From Camelus ferus (Eukaryota): a stretch of 60,000 nucleotides of DNA. This document shows, piece after piece, positions 35,484-49,309 of this stretch. The DNA is taken from positions 10,604,001 to 10,664,000 of the forward strand of contig NC_045697.1 in the NCBI RefSeq assembly GCF_009834535.1, in the 5' to 3' direction. The notes beneath the pieces were generated by a model. That model was not told where the DNA came from and searched no databases. It was given only the letters and a program-made list of their open reading frames with translations. Numbering within the stretch: position 1 is the first letter of the stretch; each line of letters begins with the position of its first letter. Both the position numbers and the translations under genes were made by a program.

Positions 35484-38213
35484 TCCACGCATCTACATGT
35501 CTTACCCCACTGCCTCCTTTCACCAGCCGCAGATTCTTGGATAAAGACCATCCTTCCACACATCTGCACCCCTACCATGCATGGCCTCCAGTGAGTACTC
35601 CCTTAATACTGATTAAATGAATACATTACACAAAAGAGAGAAAATGGGAGTAGAAGAGGCCCAGAATCCTGAAGTACTACTTCTCACACTCAGCTGAAGT
35701 GGAGGAAGCAGGTGGGTCTGGGAAAAGGAGTCCCATTTCCCTTCCAAAGTCAGGCCCACCCCTTGGAACAAGAGGTCTGTACGGCTGACTGCTTCCTAAC
35801 TTCCTCATGAGGAAAGCTCATAAAAAGAGCGCCCGGCAGAGGATCGCTGACTCTCAGCCCAGGCTCCTCGGCCCCCCAAGGCTCACCAGGAGGTGAGACT
35901 GAGCTCAGAACAAGGACAGCTGAGGGGACCCCCGACGGCCACTCACCTGGACAGATCTCACCTGTCCCACTGCACGTATTAGAGCCAGTGGGCACCGGCC
36001 AGTATAGGAGATGCTGTTGGTGTCCACCCATGTTCCCCAGCCTTAACCATGCCAGTGTGCCTCCTCAGACTTCCTACTGCTGCCATCTGTGCTCGAAGGC
36101 ATCTTCAGGAGCCATGGGAGGTCAGGGGTCAGAGGGATTAGCACTGTCCCCCACCCCCAGCAGCCCTTAACCAGTGCCTCTTGGGTCTTGGAGTATAGAT
36201 ACCTCAGCTCTCTGACCCTCCCTTGGGCTAATCCGGAGGCTGGTGTCCTACAGGGTGTCTTGCATCTCCTCCACAGGATGAGCTCTGTCGCCCCCTGGGG
36301 CAGGTGGTGGAATGGCACATCCTCTATAGTGACCCTTCCTCCCCTGGGTCACCTCCCACCTCCCAACCAGTGCTCCCAGCACCTCCCGCATAAATGACTT
36401 GCCCTGGAATCCCTGACTCTGGGTCCGCTTTGGGGGACACAGACTCAATGTACCCAGCATTTATCTGACTAACACCAATCAGAAAGCTCCCCTCCCAAGG
36501 GGACCTGGCTTCTTCGGTGCCTCTGCTTAACCAAGTCCCTCTTCCTTAGCTATCAGGAAAATGTGACCCTATTCCACATCTAAGGTAGGATTCAGTTCAT
36601 TCACGTGGGTCCAGTTCTGTCTCCTTTCCTCACTTCACCTCCACCCCAAAAGTTTTTATCCACTATCCTAAGAAGGAAAGGAAATCAGGAACTGGGGGGG
36701 GGTCCCCGATTTTACAGGAACTCCAGGTCTAATACCAAGCCAACCACAAAGGACTGGTCCAACTAAGAATCCTGCCATGGACAGTGGCAGCCAACTCGAG
36801 CTCATGCTGGACAGGCTGCTCAGAGTTGCCTCAGGGTCTAAGGACCTGGTCCTCCAAGGCTTGGACACAGAAAAAGCACAGCCTCCTGCCCCACCCACTT
36901 TTTGGCAGAACTAACTGGCATTCAGGCTGGACTGCTAATGGCATGCTAATTTTTAATATAAATATAAAAGCTACAATCATTTTATTCTGCCCAGAGAGAA
37001 GGACAAACATGCTTGGAAGATATAAATGAAGCCAGTGGCATTCAAGAATGAAGCTGCTTTCCACGGTACTAAGAACAGTTGTTGGCACCAGGGAGCGACT
37101 GGCTCATCCTCTTTGATGTGTGTAAATGGCTTAGGGACGAGGCTTTCCTCTTTGGCTTCTACATTTACTTTCTCTTGAATATCATTATATTGCAAACTGA
37201 GGATACACAGCCGTTGTTACCACCTCTGGAAAAGACTTCACCAGCCCTCCTGGTGGACGCACTGCCTTCACATCCACTGGGGACACTGTCATTCACATTT
37301 GTTGTGCTGGCCATTAAAGGATGTCCACTGGTACTTTTACTGTTGTCTTGATGACACCTTCATACCAGGAGAGGAGGAACAAGGTGTCTGACCCTGTAGG
37401 ACTAAGAGCTTGACAAACAGATTCAACTTTTTTTTTTATTATCCTAACCTTCAATGCAACAAACATTCATCTGTTTGTTTCCCTGGCAATCTACACTCAT
37501 CATCAGCCAGAATCGAAAGAACACATTCTTCTGTTAAGTTAATCCTAGAAGCAAACGGAGTGAATTAGCAGCACCTTGGTATTAAGTAGAGACATGCAAG
37601 GTACCTGGATACTTTCTGCAAATACTGCACACTTATCTGAGCGAGGCCTTCAAGGCCCTCCCCTGAACTGGCCCCAGCTCATCCATCGGTTTGGCCCATG
37701 GGCTTCCTCCTCTCACACCTCGTCCTCTGCTCCCGTGGTCCCCACTGCCTGGAAAGCCACCTCCCCACTCGCTCCAGCCCTGCTTATCTTTTTTACAAGT
37801 CGCAAAGTGACCTCCTTGCAGAAGAGCTTCTGGTCGGAATTAATTATTTTCCCCCTACAAATACACATGCATATGTTACAAGTACACATCCCTGTTTCTA
37901 GGGATGGTCGAACAATTCATGCAGTCACGGAGTATTCTCTCCTTAGCTAAAAAAGTAGCATTAAGACTTCCTTTAAGGAAATTTTAGTTTCTCAACAACA
38001 TACAGCTTGAAAGATGAATGTTTCTGCAAGTGTTAACTTTCGAAATTTTTGCTGCAGTTCAAATAGTATTTATAAGGCGTTTCCACAGTCCATAAAACTC
38101 AGCCAGAAGGTTACTAAATTCTTAAATAACAGGTTGTTTAAAGATTTACTTTCAAGTGAGTCAAAATTTTGCTCATCCTTATTTTTTATAACAAATACAT
38201 CAATAAAAATTAC

Positions 38214-38269
38214 CTTATCATAGTCCTTTGAGAAGTCAAATTTCTTCTGTAGAATTTTTCTTATAATAT
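38214..38269 (-). CDS. PROM1: Prominin-1 coding exon 3 (56 nt), (D)IIRKILQKKFDFSKDYDK
   Basis: AG acceptor (plus ct at 38270-71) and GTAATT donor. Resembles human DTLRKFLQKAYESKIDYDK as recalled. Phase 1 to 0. Confidence 0.95.
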
Positions 38270-39769
38270 CTGGGAAGAAAAGCCACAAAACAAAATCACT
38301 TTTTCAATAAAAATGTAAAATGCATATTTAGAAAATAAAGGCCTATGTATGTTCACAAACGATTGCACCTTCATATAATACTTATAACTTTATTCCTATT
38401 TCTTAATGTAGGTGAATAATTGAGCTAATGAGGTTCTAGCTAGAAGCAAATGAATGGAGGACAAATATTTTTGACCTACTATTTTGCCAATGGCAGAACT
38501 GGAGGGTTGCTATTTTTAAGTTTTCAGTTTCTCACAACACACCTCAGTATGAACCAGCAAACCACATAACTCCTCATTAATACTCGCTGATAAAATGTTA
38601 CATTGAAATCACTAATTCTTAATAATTTAGAACCACAAGCTTAATTTATTCTTTAATAATTCCACATTTACATGATATTTTAGAAAGGAAAGGAATCTTA
38701 CAATAACTTAACCCAAGAGTTCTTAACATGAGCTGTCTCTCCCTTCCCATCTCCAAGCAGTGCACTGAAAACCCTGCGATGCTAAGCAAAATTGGACTTC
38801 TCTATGCATGTTTATTTGGGGAGTTTTAAAATTCTCAGTAGGTCAGGAGCTACCTCGTATCCTGATTCACCCATCTAGTAATGCCATGGCACAGTGATGC
38901 CCAGATAGGGAGGGTGACTTGTCTAAAAGCAGTGATTTGTGGATTTGAGGCCAGACCCAGGCACAGGTCTTTGTTCCCCTGCTGCGGGCCCCTCGCACAC
39001 TGCACACTGTCTCCTGCCCCAGGAATGAGGTTCTGGGATGCTATGACTGTATCCTGTATGATCACTTCCAAAGTGTTCTACTGTGGGAGGGGGGCGGAAA
39101 GCCCACGGTGAACCCTTTTATAAAGCAGAGACGTTCAGATTTACTGGCCAGTAAACAAAACAAGCTTTCTTATGGGCCTTCTGGAACACAGCTTCCCACC
39201 TGCACAGAGCAAATACGTGGAACACATCTGTAAAGGACGTGCTGCAGGAATAGGGATTTTCAAGCTGGTAGGTACCGTGGGAACCCTAGAGTTTCTTGAA
39301 GGCTCCTCAGGGGCAACCCAAGGGCAGGAAGGAGCCTGAGGCTGCCTAGCCCCACGAGTGTCCTCCAATGGTGAACCAGTCTCTTTGCTTTCGTCAGTTG
39401 CACACACGTAACAGGTGTTGTTCTATAGAGCTCTCTGGAGGTGAGCCAACACGGGAGAACATGGATTATGCACCATTGGCAACCTCTGTGAAACAGTGAC
39501 ATTCCTCCATATCAAACAGATGCTCCCATCAGTTTGCTTGAGGACCCCCGGCCCCTCCCAAGTCCTTCTGGGATTCTCGTGGTCCTGAGTGTCCCAGGCA
39601 CGGTCTTAGCTACACCTAGTGACAACACTCATTGGTGGCTGCTCCCTGTCCATTGGCTGCCAGCTGCCCCTGACATCCTGCCAACGCTGATCCTGGCCAT
39701 GCTGGCCAAAAACCCACCCCAAGACTGTGGAGCAGAGGTGGTCTCCCTTCCTGCAGTCCAGAACAACAC

Positions 39770-40055
39770 TGTTTTACAGAAATATACTGCAAGTTGTATA
39801 AGTAGTTTCAAATTTCCTAGTAGCCACATTTAAAAAGGTGATTAGTTAATTTAAAATTAATTTTAACATGTTTTACTTAACTCCAAATATATGCAAAATA
39901 GTATTATTTCAACATGCAATCAATATAAATATTACCAAGCTATTTTACAGTCTTACTTTGCTACTAAGTGTTCAGGAGCCCGTGTAGATGCCCTTCAGCG
40001 CATCTCAGATCAGACCAGCTACAGTTCAAGTGCTCCAGCTCACCCTGGAGCAATG
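39770..40055. mobile_element. MER33/MER3-like hAT MITE
   Basis: AAATTTCCTAGTAGCCACATTTAAAAAG...ATTATTTCAACATGCAATCAATATAAA. Confidence 0.7.
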
Positions 40056-42576
40056 CCATTTCCCCAAAGCCCCAGGGCCTCTGTTTCCTTATCCCCCTCT
40101 CCTTCCCAGCGTGCCCAGGCACAGGAACACACAATGAGCAGCCCTCAATGCTCAGCACCACACATCGTTTTTTTCCTTGGCTTCCCTGTGTATCTCTGAC
40201 TAAGCGGCTTTTAATCAGGGTGAGTGAACATCAGGGATGCCTGTAGAACACAAAACCCAAGCATCTTTCCTTGAAAAGTCCTGGCATTAACATGCTGCTG
40301 CTCACACGTCATCTGGGAACCCACAGGACCTCACTCCCGGAGATTCTATCGCAGTTTTAATAGGTTCATCGCAGGGGAGAACTTGGAATCAATTACAGTC
40401 CATCTCAGAAAGCCTGTGGAAGGACTGGTGTCCCATTTTGCCCCCCACTCTCGGTGGTTCACAAGTGTCACATTCATTCTGCTGCAGCCCAGTCCTTTGC
40501 ATCTGTCTTGGAAGTTGATGTATCAGATTTGTGACAAACTGAAGGGCTCTTGGAAAGATTTTGCTCATAGGATCTATTTGACAAGACTTATCAGTTAGGT
40601 CTCTGATTTAAAAAATATACCCCACCTTTCATCTTCTAAATTCTGTTCCTGCCATTTTTTTGGGAACAATATCTCCCCAAAGTGCTAAACTATTAAAAAT
40701 TTTTTTGACAAAGAGATTTTTATATTTGATATAAATAGGCAAATCATTCTCCTATATGTAAAACAATATTACTGTAATGTAGTTCTTGATAAAATATTAT
40801 GAAATGTTAATTTTGTTCATAGCTGCTAAATTTATCTACCAGAAGTATTCTAATTTTAAGCTGTATTGTTTTAAAACGCTTTTTTTTAAAGCTTATCAGT
40901 CAAGTTTTATATTCAGGTTATTTTCATTTCTACCTGAGGGTTTCTAGTCTCTTTGACCAGATGCAATAATGTAGGATTATTAACATTAAGCCTAAAATTA
41001 AGTTATAGACTTAGAAGCATTGTGGTGTAAGCATTAAAACTGCAGAATAAAATGCACAGAATAGGTTTTTCTTTATGAACAAACCTTATAGGATGAATCA
41101 CTTTTTTTTCCTAAATGTCAGGTTAAATTTGCTATTGTATTCAGAATTCTTACTAATAAAAATTACACACATACACACACACAGCCCTGGAGCAGAGTCA
41201 GCCCTCTCGGGGAATTAAAGTGTTTACTTGGAAACGTGATTAACTAAGAGCATAAATAGTGTTACGTGCCCCCCTTGGAGACACCCACAGCATCCCTCAT
41301 TGACCCCCAGTGGCACCATCTTAAACTCACATGGTGTGGGGGTCTCTGTACAGAGAGCGACTTAATCTGCCAATTTGTGCATGAAATCAACACTGGTCGA
41401 AGTGAAAGAGATTATTCACGTTTTTGCTAAAGCTATGAGTTTTATAAGTAAATAAAAATGATATCCAAATTCAATTTAAAGTCCTACAAACACTAGGGTT
41501 GTAAATGTATAACTTTAGTAAATTAAATATGACTTAAAACACAACTCTAAGTGTTTCTTTCCAGGCACAAAAGACTTTCCACAGCCTCCTAAAAATCAAT
41601 TTGACAACTGTCCCCATCAGGACAAATTCCTGTGGGGATGGGATCCAGGCAGGCAGACCAAGTGGAATGCCTGACAAGTCCAGGTAAAACACCAACCTGG
41701 ACAGTCTGAAAAATGGTAATGTCTTGGCTGTGCTAGCATGATGTGGGGTGCGGAAGAGCGAAGAGGCATTTCGCCCTGAGAGAAGTGTTCAGGGCATGGT
41801 TGGTTTGTAAGACACTAACATGTGAAGGTTGGCATCCTTCACCATCACCCTTGTACCCCACCACCTTCACTGCTCTGCCCTCTCCTGTCCTTCAGCTTGT
41901 GGCCCGATTGAGCACCCAGCAGAACCATGTGTCACCTTGCTCTCCTCGGTCAGCCCTCCTGAAGTTAGGTGGGGCCCTGAGCCTTGAGTTCTGGCCACTG
42001 GAATGTGGGCAGACATATATCCCACCACTTCCACACCTGGCGCCTAAAACCTCCTCTAAAACCTCATGTACCCTCTTTATCCATCTACGCATCACCCACT
42101 GGAGGAGCCAGTAGAGAAACACAAAGCCCAACAGGATGGCGGAACCATTAAGTAGAATGCCCTGGCCCCCCCCCCACTCCATCACTTCTCCACTGGATGG
42201 AGCTGTGAGAGAGAAGCATTTTTCACTGAAATTTGGGCTTGTTTGCTATAGCAGACAGGTGTCACTTGCCCTAACTAAAAAAGCCTTAGCCAATTAAGAC
42301 CCCCAACATTTTCCCACTGCAAGCATCCTCTAACAATAGCCTCATCCTGCCAGATTTGGCCAAATAAAAACTAACCCATTTTTCTCAGGAGCAGGTGTAA
42401 CATACACATAATATAGGAGACTGAGAATTAGCACTAAGGTAAACCAGGATTCAAAAGACATCTTCATTCAAAAATCGGAATTTCTGTATTCACAAAAGAA
42501 TGCATGAAATGGTATTTGAACCCAGAAAAATCACTACAAAATGCAATGCAGTATACCTCAAATAAACCCTCTTCCT

Positions 42577-43126
42577 ATGTGGTGTGTATATATATATATA
42601 TATACACCACAAATATATATATATATATTTATATTTATATACATATGCAATCTATATAAAGGAATTTTACTCAGCCATAAAAAGGAATGAATTTCTGCCA
42701 TTTGCGAGAATGTGGATGGACCTAGAACGTATTATGTTTAGTGGAATAAATCAGACAGAGAAAGACAAATACTCTAAGTTGCCACTTTTATGTGGAATCT
42801 AAAAAATAAAAGAAATGTATGTAACAAAATAGAAAGAGACTCACAGATATAGAAAACAAACTACTGATTACCAGCAGGGAAAGGGAAGTGGGGAGGGGCA
42901 AGATAGAGGTAGGGGATTAAGAGGTACAAACTATTATGTATAAAATAAAAAAGCAACAGTGATATACTGTACAGCCCAGGGAAATACAGCCATTATTTTA
43001 ATAACTTTAAATGGAGTGTAAGCTATAAAAGTATTAAATCACTGTGTTGTACACATGAAACTAATATAATATCGTAAATCAACTATAGACAATTAAAAAA
43101 AGATACAAAATACTAAAAAGAAAAAA
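42577..43126 (+). mobile_element. L1 3' end with internal (TA)n expansion
   Basis: KEFYSAIKRNEFLPFARMWMDLE ORF2 C-terminal remnant, 3' UTR and A-rich tail. CTTCCT on both flanks. Confidence 0.9.
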
Positions 43127-44350
43127 CTTCCTGCCTGCTTCTTATCCGCGGGTCTGCACAACCTGAGCTGTCATCCACAGATCCACAAGCCTTTCAAAAG
43201 CTTCACTACTGCCTGAATTCTCCTAATCTACAAAGCAGTGTGTTCCCAATCAGTTCAAGCCACAGATTCAAGCACGTCTCTACTGCTAACATATGTACGT
43301 AACATGCTCTCAGGTAACAGTTTTATCCTGGGAAACAGGCATCAGACAAAGGGTTAAGACTAAATGGGTGTAAGATGGTGGTACCCTCTCCAAGAGTTAG
43401 GTGCACAGGATGGCTGGTAAAGCTGGTCGTGAGCACCAGCTTCTAGGTCTAGACTGTTCTTTCTGGAGGAGGATGCAGATTTCAACCAAGATGCAAAGGT
43501 AGTTGGTGAAAATGTTAACATTTACATGATTTGAATGTGGCCCCCAGCCCTCTCCCTAGAGCCCCATGGGGAAAGGGTCTTGGATTCCAGACATAGGTAC
43601 CCCACTGCTGTTAGTTGAATCTTGTCTTCTCTCATCCATCTAGGTTTTCTAGGGTTTGTTTATATGCTTTAGAACATCCTGATTCCAATTTCTAAAATGA
43701 GACTGGTTTCTTCTCTTGGCAGGAAAATCTCATTAATTCAAAGAAATTAGGAAACCTCTGGTTATTTGAATAATTTGACTCAGTTTACTTTTTATCAGGA
43801 AAAACGTTTAAGGAGCCAACTCACTGCATAGAAAATGTCTGAATCTACCTTACATCGGCGTAGCAGACGTGATCAGCTCTAACAGCTGATAGGCTGGTGA
43901 AAAAATAAAAAGGGACTCATGCCTTAGACATTTTATTTTAACTTAAAGCAAATAAATACACATGCATTTGACCAGCATTTGACGAAAAGCTGAGGTCCTT
44001 TTTTGGGTGTGAGTCCTCTGGTTAGAACGGATGTGAGTTAAGATAGAACCCAAGGTAAAAGGAAGCTCCTTGCTTATTTAGAGGTAGACCTGTGCCCACC
44101 ACCGCATCTCTAAACCACACGCTTAGGGTAGATGATAATGACTCAGATGGGCTCACAGGATGGCACCACCTACACAGAGATAGGTACTTCAGAGAAAGAA
44201 CTTGGTGACCACAAACTCTGCCTCAAGAAAAATGAGAAGATCTTGCTTATTTGATTCTTCAGTGACTGGAATGGGAAGGGGCTAAACTAAACTCTTATCC
44301 AACTACACACTGCTCCCCACCCTCATCCCCAAACGCTGGGAGTAACTGCC

Positions 44351-44772
44351 TATGTTAAGACATCAGGTTCTCCGAAGAAACAGAACTGTGTAAGAGATGA
44401 GATAGAAATAGAGGAAGAGACAGAGGCAGCAGGAGAAAGAGAGAGAGAGGGAAACAGGGAGAAGAGAGAGAGACTGATTTAAAAGATCCATGGGTACTAA
44501 GTCTGAGGTCTCAGGCAGGCTGGAAACTCAGGCAGGAAGTGATGCTACGGTCCTGAGGCTGAATTTCTTCTGTGGAAATCAAGTTTTGCTCTGAAGACCT
44601 TTCAGCTGATTAGATGAGGGCCACCCACATTATCGAGGGTAACCGCCCTCACTGACAGTCAACTTACTGTAGGTGTGAACCACATCTACAAAATACGTTC
44701 ACAGCAACACCTAGATTAGCATTTCATTAAATCCCTAGGTACCACTGTAGACACAGAAGACAAACCACGACT
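44351..44772 (-). mobile_element. ERVL LTR (MLT2-type)
   Basis: GGTTCTCCGAAGAAACAGAAC...CTGATTAGATGAGGGCCACCCACATTAT...TTCACAGCAACACCTAGATTAG. Confidence 0.8.
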
Positions 44773-47440
44773 TGGCACAAGCCAGCTGTGTTCCCCATAG
44801 GATAATTACGCCCCGGAGGGGTGCTGCAGCAGAGGCTGTCTGAGCCGCCCTGTTACCCAGCAGGAAGACTCACCATCGTCAGTGCAACTCCCGACCTAGC
44901 GGAGCCTCCAGCCAAGCCACTGGGGCCGAGCGAGCGCAAAGGCAGGGGACCGCCAATCTTGAAATGATGGCCCTTAACCACCTCCAAAATTGACTTACGT
45001 TTGGTGTGCGCTGAACGAAAAGGCAGACAGATAAATGCTTTTTGAAAAGATTTCCATCAAAAATGACAGAACTAAATGAGTTTATCACTTGCAAGGTCAG
45101 TGTTGCTTCTCTGAAGAATGTACTTAGCGAGCCCATCTCCCAGCAGCCTGGTTTGGTCAAGTGTGTCCACTGTCCTTTGAGGCTTGGATGAACATGACTG
45201 ACCCACTTCTCGGCTCATAGTTTCCTGTGGCTGGTGTGGGTGAGGATTTGGGGACCCAGACGATGCAACTGCCTCAGGTCTTGGACCGAGATGGGTCTGC
45301 CATCTGTGTTGCCACCGTATCTCCTTCTGGAGTGGCAGCGCTGAGTCTGTCTGACTTCAGGACCTGGGTGATAATGCATTTTAGCAACCACTTCAGGCGG
45401 CAGGTCCTGAACCTTTCCGTTTCACGGAGCGCTACCTTCTGCCGCTCAACTCCTCCATCAACGTGACTAAACTCTTCAGTTTGGTTTTTAATAAAAGGAT
45501 TGATGCTTCAGACATTTGGAAGCCAAGCTGGGTTTATTAGAACTTATCAAACATATTCCCCCTGCCTCCAACTATATCATCCAGTATTCTGGAGGGTGAG
45601 CCCCCTTTCCTGGATTTAAAGCACAGTTCAAACACCCTTGGTGCGGTTTTCCCTTCATTTCAGCTGTCAGCACAGGACTGCACCGTTGTCCTTGAATTGA
45701 CTGGGGCGGCTACCCGGCAGGACTGGCACACATCAGCTTGTACTAGAATTAATGACTTGCTCTTCAAGGAAAGAGCTCGGAAAAACGGCGCACAGGAAGC
45801 GGTTCTTGGGAAAACATCTGGTACCAGGCTGGCCCCTGTAGCTTTCCCCGACCAGATGTTTACACCAGTCTGTGCCTGGGGATCCTATTTCATCGTCAGG
45901 CGACGAGCAGCCAAGCCTGCGACGGGCAGGCCCGCCCTTCAATCACTGCAAATTCCTCTAGAGGAAGCAGGCTCTCGGGTTGCACAGGAGAAGGGAGACC
46001 TCTGGGGTCTCCTGGAGCTCGGACAAAGATGCAAGTTGGATAAGGGCTCAGGGCCCAGGGGCTCCCTAATGATGGGCGGGGGCTGGGAGGGGGCCGCTGG
46101 GACCGAGACAGGTCTGCCATCTGTGTCGCCACCACTGGTAAATCGGGGGGGGGGGGGTAGGGTGGAGGGGCTTGTGGAGTCCCAGGGTGTCTGGCTCATC
46201 TCCTCCCCTAAGACATTCCTGGAAAGCGTAGCTCCACTATCATCTTTTGATTGTTTGAGGAACATTGACTTGAGGATGTTTAAAAGGAATAGTTTGACTT
46301 ACATCCTTTTGGTTGGCACCAAGGTCCAGGTGATCGCACACACACTCCTGTGAGAATGTGAATCCACTACACCCCATTTTTTTCTGCCACATGACAGAGG
46401 AAGGCTTAGCTGTTGAGCACGGCCTCCCCACAACCGGGGACAGAAGGTGGGACCAGGAGGTGAGTGGAGGGGGACTTTTTTTTTCCTCTGTATACTTGGA
46501 ATACACTTGAATTTTTAAGAGAATATTAAAAAGTTTTTAAACAAAGTACTTTTATTGACATACCCTTCTACTTTTTCCAAACCCTCCCCCTCCAAAAAAA
46601 TCATTAAAAAATTGAGTTTGTAACACTATCAAGTTAAAAATTTAGTTCCCATACATGTGAATCAGATTTTACAGTAGGTGTGACCTGGAGCTATTTTTAT
46701 TGTATTTCAGCATCTAGTATTTGTTATTTAAACAAAAAAAAAAAAAAAGGGAAAAGAAGTAAGGCTGAAATCTGCAAAATCTGCAAAAATTTAGATGCTG
46801 CCCAATAATGACTGGGAAAGGAATAACCAAATATTCAAGATCTGGATAAGCCCAGTTTTGTCCCAACAAGTGTGTGGTCCAGACAAAGTACACTCTTCCA
46901 GTGTTTTGTGAATAATCACCAGAAGCAGCTTTTTTTGGGGTTTGCCTCCATCCCTTCTTGCACTAGCTGAGCTGAAACAGTCTCCCAGAGTCTCTCGTGT
47001 GTGTACCCAAACCACTGTCTGCTCATTGTACTTGTGGATGCAATTTCATAACTGAATTAAATATTATGTAAGCAGATAAAACATGACTTCCAAAAGCAAA
47101 AGTAATTGATACAAATTCTCAGTGGTATGCTTTTTAAAACTCAGTAAAGAGGAGTAATTTTAAAAAGAACAAGAGCTGTTGAATTCAGTGTAGGGGAGGC
47201 AACTCTAAAAGCCCAGATAGAAAAACCAATAAAAATCTAGGGGAAAAAAAATCAGTGCTCAGTTTACACCACACATTCTTGTTACATGAATGAAACCCAA
47301 ACTGGACATCATCAAAGTTATGCTGGGGAAATTCCTATCCAGAGATCCACAGTCGATGGACCTTCAGAATGTTTGGTGGAGAATGAGGATGTAGGAATTT
47401 GCAAATAGGTCTTTCTCACCAGCATGGAGAACTAGCCAGA

Positions 47441-47469
<29 letters not shown>
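47441..47469 (+). repeat. (TG)n microsatellite
   Basis: About 14 perfect TG units. Confidence 0.95.
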
Positions 47470-47471
<2 letters not shown>

Positions 47472-48449
47472 CACTTTTCTTGGGCACACCAGAGAATTGA
47501 GGCTTCAAAGCAATCGATTCCAAAGAGCACCACACTGCTGAAGGAGAGACAAGGGACCCACAAGCTGTTTCCCCTTTGCTGGTCAGGCAAAAAGGAACCA
47601 CCGAAAATGTTCCCAACCTATTAAAGGGCACGTGTGGGCTAGCGTGTCCCCAAGGAATACCTGGAGGACCCAGAAATGTGGAGGAGTTTGCATTTGCTTG
47701 CAAGCTTCCACTGGGGTGGGGGAGGTGCCTGGAGAAAGTCCCCGTGGTGGCAGGTATGCAGGTGAGGGGTTGCCACTGGGGACACACACAAAGACCACAG
47801 ACTTCCCTGGACATTTCTCTCAAAGAAAAAGCGTTAAAGCCACTCGAGGAGGGGCAGCGAACCCTCTGTGCCCTGTGGCCAAGGCAAAACTCCACTGCTT
47901 CTAGGGTGGGGGATATCAGCAAAACCCATCCGCCCATGGGGAACAGGTTGAAACCCTCCTGCCTGTGGGACACAGGTAAAGGCCCACTGCTGCTGGGGGA
48001 CAGGATGGGAGCAAAACCCCTTTGCTCCTAGAGAGGAAAGCACTCTTGGGGCAGAAAGCTCACTCCTTTCCAGCACCGAAGGCAAATTCCCGGTAAGAGT
48101 TTGGCCACCATGGGGAGGGGGAGAGGAACACTGATAAAACCCCCAACTACTCCCCGAGCTCAGCCGCACAGGGACAGCCTAAGCCTAAGGCTGGACCAGG
48201 GTAGCTGGAGACCATCCCTCACTGCCTCCCCCATGAGCCTGGCACTGAGGGGAGGAGCAGGAGCATGAGAGGGGCCCTCGGTGGCACAGGTGAGTAGGGA
48301 CCGCTAGGAGCTGAGGGTGGAGCGGGCACACTGAGGAAAACCCTCCATACGCCAGGCCCCACGCTGCACACATGGCAACCACACTCCACGGCTGGGGGAG
48401 TTGCAAGCCCGTGTACATACACTGAAGATGGTCCAACAGCAAACTGACT

Positions 48450-48700
48450 CAACCAGGAGGGCTCAGCCTCCCAACACTAATAGCCTGAAAGCAGAGAAGG
48501 CATGTCCATATCTAGGAATAAACACTGTTCAGCCCAGTTTCTACAATTCTCCTCAGGATGCCCAGCATTCAGGAAAAAATTACAAGACACATGAAAAGGA
48601 AAGAAAAAAAATGACCCACTGTCAAGAAAGAATCAAACCCAGAGAGAATCCAGATGTTAGAAAACTTTCAGAGACGAATTAAAAAAAAAAAAAAAAGACT
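48450..48700 (+). mobile_element. Ancient L1M 5' / ORF1-start remnant (may extend left to about 47.6 kb)
   Basis: AAAATTACAAGACACATGAAAAGGAAAGAAAA...ATGACCCA...CCAGATGTTAGAA resembles old L1 ORF1 starts. Confidence 0.5.
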
Positions 48701-48762
48701 GTTGAGGGGATTTACATTTATACTTCAAGGTAAAATAAAATGCTTAAGAAAAGTATGTACAA

Positions 48763-49014
48763 AACTTGTGGTTACCAGGGTGGGGAAGGAGGGATAAATT
48801 GAGAGTTTGGGATTGGCAGATACAAACTACTGTGTACAGAACAGATAAACAACATGGTCCTTCTGTATAGCTCAGGGAACTATATTCAATGGTTTGTAGT
48901 AACCTGTAATGAAAATGAATACATTATGTATAATTGAATCACTATACTGTATTCCAGAAATGAATACAACATTGCAAATCAACTATACTTCAATTTCAAA
49001 AAATGTAAAAAACA
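48763..49014 (+). mobile_element. L1 3' UTR fragment
   Basis: GGTTACCAGGGG...GGGATAAATTGAGAGTTTG...CTATACTTCAA plus tail. Degenerate TSD AAAAGTATGTACAA / AAAAGGATGTATAA. Confidence 0.88.
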
Positions 49015-49309
49015 AAAAGGATGTATAATTTTTAGGATTCCCCAAATTGACCAACTTTAACAAATCGACTACCAATAGTAATCATGTTGAATAAGAGGGT
49101 TCTACTCTCCTTAAATTAATCCTCATTTTTTTTAACCATAAATCAATCCAGTGGCAATTCTCTAAGAATCGTAATAACCTATCCTGTTCTGTCCAAATCT
49201 CCAATCTGTGGCTTTTACTACCCTACTCCAACTTTCTAACTTTCTCAGTCTTTTAGAGGAAAGGGAGGGGAAGATAAGGGACTATTAACCAGAGCCAAGC
49301 GCTCTAGGC

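Noticed and set aside
45697..46353. 218-aa plus-strand ORF
   Set aside because: It has a TTG start, GC-rich composition, a G homopolymer and no recognisable domain. A chance ORF is most likely.
47416..48031. Overlapping 185-aa and 151-aa ORFs
   Set aside because: No recognisable protein. One ends in a TG microsatellite, and the region probably belongs to an old L1 5' remnant.
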